A stretch of DNA of 64,000 nt, from the NCBI GenBank assembly GCA_963764165.1, contig CAVXRD010000002.1, positions 64,001-128,000 of the forward strand. The letters run 5' to 3'. This stretch comes from an uncultured Verrucomicrobiae bacterium. Lineage in GTDB: Bacteria; Verrucomicrobiota; Verrucomicrobiia; Limisphaerales; Palsa-1400. Shown piece after piece: positions 7,471-14,493 of this stretch (position 1 is the first letter of the stretch; the number at the start of each line of letters is the position of its first letter). The notes beneath the pieces were generated by a model. The model had not been told where the DNA came from and searched no databases. It worked only from the letters and a program-made list of their open reading frames with translations. The translations under genes and the position numbers were made by a program.

Positions 7471-10190
7471 ACGTTCGTGGTCACTTCGGTGGAATGTTCG
7501 ATGATGCCTTCGATGACATTGGCGCTCCCCCGCAACTGGCGGGCGCGCTTCTCGAAGTGCTCCCCGCTGGAACTGCTGCAATAAAGCATCTCCGGCGAAG
7601 AAACATTCTGGACGGTCCCGCAAATCGGGCGATGGGCGTCCAAGTGCAAATAGGTAAAGGCGCTGAACTTTTGGCCGACCTGATGGTCGGGCAGCGGATA
7701 ATTCATGATCGTGTGCTGGGTCACATCGGGCAGCGCGATGTCATGGGCCATATCTTCCAAGTCGGCCCGGTCGCTCTGGCGCATCAGGAAAAATTGACGG
7801 CTATTGCCAAAGACGGCGGAGCGAATACGCGACTGTTTGAATCGGCTGTATTGCTGGACGATGGAAATATTCCAGCAATTGAATTTGCGAAGCTGCGCGT
7901 AACTTTCCCGCACAATTTCCTCGCCGCCCGGAATATCGAGGAAACGAGCCACTTCCTCATAGACGTTGCGTTTCCGTAACGCACGCGGAAGCGTGATGAT
8001 ATGCTTCCGCGCGTCGTTGGTGATGAGGAAACCTGCTGCGGCTTTCAGCTCCTTGGCGGAATCAGGCACGTAACCCAACTCGAAGTGAGCAATTTTTCCG
8101 GTAATCGAAAGATTGCTGACTCCGTCAAACAAACACCCGTAATTGCCTTCGCGGCACCAGGGCAAAAGCAGCGTGGCGATTTCGATGATTTGGTCGCGTT
8201 CCGCGCCCGAAGCATCGAGATACATCAATTCCTGCAACATGCGATGGGTCGGATATTCGGCAGGTTGAAAATAGGCGAAGGCCAAATTGCGCACGTCGCG
8301 GGCCGTGTTCGGCTCTTTGGAGAATTTTAATATTTCCGCTTCGTCAAACCGATGGAGATAAGCCTGCGCTTCGTCAGAATGAGAACTCTGCCAGTCCCGA
8401 AAATCAGCAAATGCTTCCAAGGCAGTCGCGCCGGGTGGCAGTTTTTCATGCCGGTAATAAGACAATGCGCAGGCGTGGCGGGCGATGGCCGGCATTTGAT
8501 CGGCATGAGTGCGAGACCAATCCGTGAATACATCTTCGTAGAGGAGATTCAGGTATTTTGAAATCTGCGCCTGGCGCAACATCTGTTTGTCCTCATGCTG
8601 GCTGGTGCCAACCATGCGCGATACCAGCGCGGTAGCCGAGGCCAGATGATCGGGAGTCAGGGGCAATCGCTTGGTGTCGAGGTAATTGATCGTCAAGTCA
8701 CCGTCCGGCTGAATGATGATCGGTTTCGCCCCCGGCTCGACCGTTTGCGTGTAGATGCCATAGGACAAACCTTCTTCGATAATGACGGTGTAAGCGAAAT
8801 ACCCCTCTGTTTGACTCAAAAGGTCGCAGACATTCACGGACTTGCCGGTGCCGCTCATGCCCAGCAGCACCGCGTGTTGCGGGGAACTGTTTCCATTCGT
8901 TCCCGCAAAAGTTTTTATGCCGACAAGATTGTGGTCTGAACCTTCGTAAAGAGCTTCGGCGGATTCCAAATGTCCGGTGAAGGTCGCGCTGAAAGGAAGC
9001 ATGTCGGCCAGATAGCGATTCTCCGCGTAGAGCTTGCGCGCGTCGTACTTGCCCCAAGTCCAGCCGGGCCACGTCTGGAAGAACAATCGCCGCGAGCTGC
9101 TTGGCAATGCGCTCTCGTGATATTGTGCGCCATTCATCGAATTGATGGCGTTCTTGATCGCGCTGGTTTTGGCGCATAACCCTTCCTTGGTTTGATCCCA
9201 GGCGCGGACCACAAACAAAACTTTGAACGGCAGCGTGTGCCCCTGCATCAAGGCCGCGATTTTCTTCTGCTTCTTCTCCATGACAGTGACGAGCGAGAGC
9301 TTTTTCTCACTGGCGTAATCGCCCGCGATGCGGTCGTGTTGACGCTCCTCTTTGTCGATTTCCTCACGCACAGGCAGCGGTTCCACATTGACCGTCACGG
9401 TGAAATCTAAGAGCCGAAGGCCCGTCAACCGGTGAATCAAACCGGGATGCGTCATCTTGGGCCAACGGGTGAGGACGATGAGCGAGTGGTAGTGGCCGTC
9501 CATCCAAAATCCAAAATCGGATTGCCCGTTTCCCTCGCTGTGCCAGCAATTCTCCTGAATGGAAAGGTCCGCGTCGAACGTTTCGAGCGGGTCGTAATCG
9601 AACCGAAGGCCCAGCGAGGGATTAAGAAAAGTGGTGTAGTGCCGGTAATGCTCGGCGGCGGTCATGGGCAAAATTCTCGCGCCTTGGCCGGAGAAGATGC
9701 CGCAGAGAGTTTCATGAACCTGGGTGAATTCCGAATCCAATTGATCGAGCAACGTTTGGTAATATTCCGACAACCCTTTTTCCGAGAGGGTCCCCTTCGG
9801 GGAACTGTCAATGGCGCGGGAGATATAAAGGACCAGGCGTTGCCGCCGCAGTTTGCGTTCCGTCATCAAGTTCCAATACCGGGTGAACCGCTCATTGCGA
9901 GTGCGTTGCGTCCAGACGTTGTTCATCTTCTCGGTCTCGGTCTGATACCGAGACAGTTCATTGCGGTAGTCGGAATCGCAGTAGTACTGCACTTGCAGCC
10001 GTTGCCGGTCATGCAACGACGCCAGTAGAAGCGAGATTTGATCTTGGAATTCGTTCAGTTCCGAAATCTGCGCATTGTGCAAATCCGGCGGCTGCACGAT
10101 GAACCCTTTGGAGACATAACCTCCTTGCCGCAGGCCGTTGAACACAATCAGGTCGCGGATAAAGAAACCGTTGGGCGCATTTTCAAACAT
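7467..10190 (-). CDS. VirB4/TrbE-family conjugation ATPase
   Basis: ~900 aa, Walker A GMSGTGKS, Walker B-like VYEE, RKFNC...QQ motif; follows pilin and VirB3-like genes. Confidence 0.9.
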   Translation of the reverse strand: MFENAPNGFFIRDLIVFNGLRQGGYVSKGFIVQPPDLHNAQISELNEFQDQISLLLASLHDRQRLQVQYYCDSDYRNELSRYQTETEKMNNVWTQRTRNERFTRYWNLMTERKLRRQRLVLYISRAIDSSPKGTLSEKGLSEYYQTLLDQLDSEFTQVHETLCGIFSGQGARILPMTAAEHYRHYTTFLNPSLGLRFDYDPLETFDADLSIQENCWHSEGNGQSDFGFWMDGHYHSLIVLTRWPKMTHPGLIHRLTGLRLLDFTVTVNVEPLPVREEIDKEERQHDRIAGDYASEKKLSLVTVMEKKQKKIAALMQGHTLPFKVLFVVRAWDQTKEGLCAKTSAIKNAINSMNGAQYHESALPSSSRRLFFQTWPGWTWGKYDARKLYAENRYLADMLPFSATFTGHLESAEALYEGSDHNLVGIKTFAGTNGNSSPQHAVLLGMSGTGKSVNVCDLLSQTEGYFAYTVIIEEGLSYGIYTQTVEPGAKPIIIQPDGDLTINYLDTKRLPLTPDHLASATALVSRMVGTSQHEDKQMLRQAQISKYLNLLYEDVFTDWSRTHADQMPAIARHACALSYYRHEKLPPGATALEAFADFRDWQSSHSDEAQAYLHRFDEAEILKFSKEPNTARDVRNLAFAYFQPAEYPTHRMLQELMYLDASGAERDQIIEIATLLLPWCREGNYGCLFDGVSNLSITGKIAHFELGYVPDSAKELKAAAGFLITNDARKHIITLPRALRKRNVYEEVARFLDIPGGEEIVRESYAQLRKFNCWNISIVQQYSRFKQSRIRSAVFGNSRQFFLMRQSDRADLEDMAHDIALPDVTQHTIMNYPLPDHQVGQKFSAFTYLHLDAHRPICGTVQNVSSPEMLYCSSSSGEHFEKRARQLRGSANVIEGIIEHSTEVTTNV

Positions 10191-10527
10191 GATGAGATTC
10201 CTTGAGAGGATGAACGGGCGAGACGGTTTCCGGTGTGAAACCACTCCCGCTCATCCAATAGTCGAAGCAGTCCACGTCGTACCCGGGCGGCTTTCCCTGG
10301 CGGAAGCCAAAGACGTAACCGAACGTAAGCGCGAGAGGAATGGCCGCGATGGATGAAGCCAGCAGAATGTTCAGCCGCAGGGCGCTGAATAAGAGCAGCA
10401 GAATAATCACCGAAATGAATGAGCCTCCCGCCACATACCAAAACAGATTGCCATCCAGCCCCCACGTCTTCCCTTCGGAATCGTCGGCGCTGTTGGTTTC
10501 CGTGAATCTGAGTTCCTGCGATTTCAT
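10183..10527 (-). CDS. VirB3/PrgI-like membrane protein
   Basis: 114 aa, two TMs, GKPPGY motif, immediately upstream of VirB4. Confidence 0.75.
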   Translation of the reverse strand: MKSQELRFTETNSADDSEGKTWGLDGNLFWYVAGGSFISVIILLLLFSALRLNILLASSIAAIPLALTFGYVFGFRQGKPPGYDVDCFDYWMSGSGFTPETVSPVHPLKESHHV

Positions 10528-10829
10528 TGGAACGTGCCCACATCGACGGTGGAGTTTCCGTTGCCGAAAGCTGTGAACAGAGCCTTCACGATGACCGGCG
10601 CACCCGCGATGATGAGGCCGCCGATGATGGAGAGTTTGCCGGCGTCGGTGTCCCCGCGCCGGATGGCGAATCCCCCGCCAATGACGCAGAGCGTGCCGAA
10701 CAGGAATCCAATGAGCATGACGATGCCCAAGGCCGATGACGCGCCCGAGGACAAGCTGCCTGTAGAGGCAGCTTGCGCCAGGAGCGGTGCGAATCTTGCG
10801 ATAGCTAATGTTTTCATAACGTCGCTCAT
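10524..10829 (-). CDS. TrbC/VirB2-like pilin (start may be ATG 10817)
   Basis: ~100 aa, leader plus two hydrophobic helices, first gene of the tra operon. Confidence 0.75.
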   Translation of the reverse strand: MSDVMKTLAIARFAPLLAQAASTGSLSSGASSALGIVMLIGFLFGTLCVIGGGFAIRRGDTDAGKLSIIGGLIIAGAPVIVKALFTAFGNGNSTVDVGTFQ

Positions 10830-10853
10830 CCTAGCGAAAGTTTGCAGGGGGTC

Positions 10854-10871
10854 TGTTCAGACTTCTGAACA
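10854..10871. promoter_or_regulatory. Palindromic box 1 TGTTCAG-ACTT-CTGAACA between divergent pilin and AAA ATPase genes
   Basis: Perfect 7-bp arms; 20 bp from TAGGAT (minus strand) and 20 bp from TTCAAT (plus strand). Confidence 0.75.
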
Positions 10872-10903
10872 ACATTCAACTTTTTTTCGGCTTCAATGGA
10901 GGC

Positions 10904-11821
10904 ATGAATAATATTCTCGAATCGAAGCCGGATTCCCTCGGAAAACTCCAATCTCTTGAAGCCCATCTGCGGGAGCGGATTCGCGGGCAAGACCACGTTT
11001 TGCCGCGAATCATTTCTGTCCTCCAACGCGGTGAGTTAGGGCTGACCAAATCGGAGCGGCCCAAGGGAAGTTTTCTTTTCCTTGGGCCTACAGGCGTGGG
11101 AAAAACAGAAGTAACACTGGCGTTTACAAGTTTCCTCCTGAGCAGTCAGCACGTTTTTCGTTTTGACATGTCCGAGTATCAAACACAGGACCGTTTGCCG
11201 CTCCTGCTGGGAAATTCGCAGAGTGAACCGGGAATGCTTTCGGCGGCTTATTCCCGCTTCCAAGTTGGAACATTATTGTTCGATGAAATCGAGAAGGCCC
11301 ACCCCCGTGTGCTTGACCTTGCCCTGCAAATGCTCGATGCGGCCCGCATCACCATCGCCACAGGTGAAACGCTTGACTTGAGCGGTTACTACATCGTCTT
11401 CACGTCAAATATAGGCTCTGCCGATTTGCTCAATCTTCAACACTCCAGCGCCGCGACGATGGAGCGGCATGTGTTGACGCGAGCGCAACAATCGTTGCGC
11501 CCAGAAATCTACGCTCGCATCACTGAAAAATTGGTTTTCCACCGGCTCAGTTACGATCACCAATTGGAAATTGCGCGGCTCATGTTGGAAAAGGAGTTGA
11601 AGTTTTTGCGGCAGAAGGGCTGTTGTCTGGAAGCGGATGCGTCCGTTCTTCCGTTTCTGGTGCGGCAGGGATTCCATCCAAAGCTCGGCGCTCGCCCCAT
11701 GCGTGATGCTGTTGAAAAATATGTCGGCGATGCTGTCGCCACCGATTTACTAACCGATGGGAGCGGCTCTGGCCGTATCAGCGTGGACCAATCCGCTCGA
11801 TGTCTCGTGGTTCGGCAATGA
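10904..11821 (+). CDS. Stand-alone ClpA/ClpB-type AAA+ ATPase (second NBD plus D2-small only)
   Basis: RIRGQDH, FLFLGPTGVGKTE, RFDMSEY, LLFDEIEKAHP, TSNIG, GARPM. Confidence 0.9.
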   Translation: MNNILESKPDSLGKLQSLEAHLRERIRGQDHVLPRIISVLQRGELGLTKSERPKGSFLFLGPTGVGKTEVTLAFTSFLLSSQHVFRFDMSEYQTQDRLPLLLGNSQSEPGMLSAAYSRFQVGTLLFDEIEKAHPRVLDLALQMLDAARITIATGETLDLSGYYIVFTSNIGSADLLNLQHSSAATMERHVLTRAQQSLRPEIYARITEKLVFHRLSYDHQLEIARLMLEKELKFLRQKGCCLEADASVLPFLVRQGFHPKLGARPMRDAVEKYVGDAVATDLLTDGSGSGRISVDQSARCLVVRQ

Positions 11822-11824
11822 TAT

Positions 11825-11999
11825 TGCGCTGATTGGCGGTTTGCGGACGCGTGAGTGGAACACGCCAAAAGGGGAAAGGGTTGGCTTCGTGGAACGGCGC
11901 GTCCGCAAACCGCCAATGAGCGCACACCAAACTCTGTGCGGCTCACTTTTGTCTCTCGCCTTCGGGAAGGGCAAGAGGGCGGAAGGCGAGAGTCAAAAG
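11825..11999. other. Cluster of long inverted repeats (structured non-coding DNA/RNA)
   Basis: Perfect 20-bp IR 11832-11851/11898-11917; 17/18-bp IR 11946-11963/11982-11999. Confidence 0.8.
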
Positions 12000-12011
12000 C
12001 AGCCTCCAAGA

Positions 12012-12413
12012 CTACGCCAGCAACAGGTACATGTGCTTTTCACCAGCATCGGTCTCAGGTGAATAGCCCGCTTTGTCACCTTGTTCTTTGCACCACCGGA
12101 ATATTGCGTTCCTCAGTTTGGTGTCGGCGGGCAATTCCATCACCAATTTCTCGGTGTGCTGACTGCCATTTGGCCGAGCCTTAATGTCCACGGCAAGAAT
12201 TTTAACAGCCCCAGCGGCGTATAATTCCTTCACAATTTCGAGAGATTGTTTTGTCCCTTTGAATGGGCCGAGGGTTCGTTGTCGTGCCGCCTGGCTCTCA
12301 TTGAGCCAGCGTTCCGCTTCAGCTTTATGGGACGAACGCAATAGCCTTTCGATAAGATGTAGATGATCGCTGCTGCCGGGCTGTACGCCACTCAAAATGG
12401 ATTCGGAATTCAT
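12012..12413 (-). CDS. Hypothetical protein
   Basis: ORF with GAAGG RBS before ATG 12413, downstream of box 2. Confidence 0.7.
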   Translation of the reverse strand: MNSESILSGVQPGSSDHLHLIERLLRSSHKAEAERWLNESQAARQRTLGPFKGTKQSLEIVKELYAAGAVKILAVDIKARPNGSQHTEKLVMELPADTKLRNAIFRWCKEQGDKAGYSPETDAGEKHMYLLLA

Positions 12414-12468
12414 TATGCCTTCAAAATTTGCAAATTGCGTGATCACACTATAGCCCAAGAATAATTAC

Positions 12469-12490
12469 GTTGTTCAGCTACCTGAACAAC
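12469..12490. promoter_or_regulatory. Palindromic box 2 GTTGTTCAG-CTAC-CTGAACAAC
   Basis: Perfect 9-bp arms; core is 20 bp from TAGTGT on the minus strand. Confidence 0.7.
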
Positions 12491-12573
12491 CCCTCCAAGC
12501 CTGACGCCACGCGTTCCTGCACGATTGTCAACGATTCAATATCTCGGTCAGAAAAACAGCACATTGCTGTTCC

Positions 12574-13290
12574 TCATTTCGATAATCTGAGCCGAAAAAA
12601 CATTGCGTTGGTTGAGATGGGAAAAGTTGCTCGTCCTCCCGAAAACGGACCAGCAAACGGTTTCCAACTGGTTTCGCTGAGGTTCGACTTGGATTCGACA
12701 AATACATTGCCGTCTGCCCCGAACCACAGTGCCTGCATCGTCCCATTAGTTTGGCCGGTCTGAAGCGATACGACGAATGGCCCGGATCGCCATCCGACCG
12801 GTCCAACAAACATTGAAGGATTTGATTGGACTGTTCCTGCATTTACAAAGCCTGCCGACGTGCCCAAAAGGCCGGTCAACATTTCAACACCCGGCGGGTA
12901 ATCCACGGCGAACATGACCTCCTGCGTCTTGGAGGATGAAATATACATTTCGGGGAAAGAATCGGACGCGTATAAATTCCAGAAGCATGAGTTTGTATCG
13001 CTCTGGAAAAAATCATAGCTCCAAAACCCCGCTGAGTAAAACATTGCTGGCTGACTCAGTGAATAAATGTTGGAGATGGTAAAAGCGTCTATCTGGTCGT
13101 TTGTCGTGTCATTCTCGATTTCGACAGCTACGACCGTAAAATTCGATCCAAAGTAAAGCGGCGCTTGGCCCTCCATTTGAAACGATTGGGCGTCTGCCGA
13201 ACATTCGAGACGCCAAAGAACAAATGCGAGTCCTATGCAACCAAACCAAAACCTTGCGCCAAAAAGTCGCTGTAAAAAGCTTGGTCGCAC
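12574..13290 (-). CDS. Secreted protein with C-terminal '...FFRLR' domain
   Basis: Signal peptide; C-terminus VESKSNLSETSW...NAMFFRLRLSK. Confidence 0.7.
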   Translation of the reverse strand: MRPSFLQRLFGARFWFGCIGLAFVLWRLECSADAQSFQMEGQAPLYFGSNFTVVAVEIENDTTNDQIDAFTISNIYSLSQPAMFYSAGFWSYDFFQSDTNSCFWNLYASDSFPEMYISSSKTQEVMFAVDYPPGVEMLTGLLGTSAGFVNAGTVQSNPSMFVGPVGWRSGPFVVSLQTGQTNGTMQALWFGADGNVFVESKSNLSETSWKPFAGPFSGGRATFPISTNAMFFRLRLSK

Positions 13291-13307
13291 TTCAGCCCTT
13301 CAGGATT

Positions 13308-13811
13308 TTAGCGAACCGGCCTAAGCAACGGTGGCCCCGGCCTCACGACTTGGATGGGACGCCGAACTGGCGATAAGGCAGGCCGGAACACCGGCTGCTT
13401 TTGAGTGCCAATTACAGTGGGACCGGAATTTTCAGGATTGGTGACCTCTCCGACAGGCACAGAGTTTGTCGTGGTGGGAGGCGGGGTCGAACCACCTCCT
13501 CCAGCGATGATGACCGACGACGGCGAAAATTGAACGGGTGAAATGATATTGGTATTGATGACGGGCGGCGCAACCGTAATCGGACCCACAGTAGGAGCAG
13601 AGCCGCCCACAATAATCACCTGAGATGAAGGTGTCAAAACTGGAGGTGCCACCTCGGTCGGGTCACTCGTCACTGTGGTTAATTCCGAATCGTCACCTAC
13701 CACAACTTGGGCACGAACCGCACCGGCTGCAACCAAGGACAGTGTCGAGGCAAGCAACAGCGTTTTGAATTTCATCGTTATGAGGATATGTTTATTTTTC
13801 ATTTCGTTCAA
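13308..13811 (-). CDS. Secreted Pro/Val/Thr-rich low-complexity protein
   Basis: Signal peptide MKFKTLLLASTLSLVAAGAVRA (start may be later than 13811). Confidence 0.65.
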   Translation of the reverse strand: MNEMKNKHILITMKFKTLLLASTLSLVAAGAVRAQVVVGDDSELTTVTSDPTEVAPPVLTPSSQVIIVGGSAPTVGPITVAPPVINTNIISPVQFSPSSVIIAGGGGSTPPPTTTNSVPVGEVTNPENSGPTVIGTQKQPVFRPALSPVRRPIQVVRPGPPLLRPVR

Positions 13812-14280
13812 TGGATTTTTGTTTGTTAATTTTCACGTTTTGGGCTGGAGGAATTTGTTGACCACCCTCAAGAACCAACTGGGTAAAGTTCAGGTTTGCG
13901 GTCAAATTGGTGCTGCTGAGCGGATGGCTCAACCGAAAAACAAAATTAAATGAGGCAACCTGATTAGGGTTAAGCGCAAGCTGCTCTTTGTTGCCTCCGA
14001 TCACCCATCGGCTTCCTTGACTGACCATTGAGCCATTCTCATCCAAGAGAAACAACGAAGCACGCGCGGATTCAATTTTCACCTTAAAGGAGTTTGTCAT
14101 ATTTAATCTCACAACAACCTTCTGACCGGTGACGGAAGGTGCCTCAACCCCTACTGCGAGTTGTGCGGTACAGGTTTGACCGAAATGTAGAGCAAGGAAC
14201 AAACTGAGAATCTTCGCTATTCTCGTTTTATTCAACAGAATCGGCCGAAAGTGCAACATCAATGAGCTAATTAAATTCAT
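13792..14280 (-). CDS. Secreted beta-sandwich hypothetical protein
   Basis: Signal peptide ending TCTA-Q; beta-rich; immediately follows the immunity gene. Confidence 0.65.
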   Translation of the reverse strand: MNLISSLMLHFRPILLNKTRIAKILSLFLALHFGQTCTAQLAVGVEAPSVTGQKVVVRLNMTNSFKVKIESARASLFLLDENGSMVSQGSRWVIGGNKEQLALNPNQVASFNFVFRLSHPLSSTNLTANLNFTQLVLEGGQQIPPAQNVKINKQKSIERNEK

Positions 14281-14283
14281 TTT

Positions 14284-14493
14284 TTATTGATTTTGGACAT
14301 CGACAATGCGGCTTGGATCAAATGGTATATCCTCGCTCGTCCCGACTTTCACAATTTCTTTTGCCCACGCGATGAATACATCACGAATTCTGGTGCCGTC
14401 CTCCAAGACGACAATGACGCGGTTAACGCCATATTTGTATTCGGGAAACGTGGCTACTTTGTCCTGTAATTCTCTTGGCAATTCGCGGTTCAT
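14284..14493 (-). CDS. Probable immunity protein for the Rhs toxin
   Basis: 69 aa, no signal peptide; ATG overlaps the toxin stop (TAATG). Confidence 0.75.
   Translation of the reverse strand: MNRELPRELQDKVATFPEYKYGVNRVIVVLEDGTRIRDVFIAWAKEIVKVGTSEDIPFDPSRIVDVQNQ

Noticed and set aside
10854..10871. Canonical verrucomicrobial LexA (SOS) box
   Set aside because: Half-sites match, but the spacer between TGTTC and GAACA is 8 nt rather than the reported 4, and the position suits activation; kept as a separate motif
11825..14493. Integron cassette array (short genes plus hairpins)
   Set aside because: Genes overlap or abut with no intervening attC-like sites, and the integrase shows no IntI features
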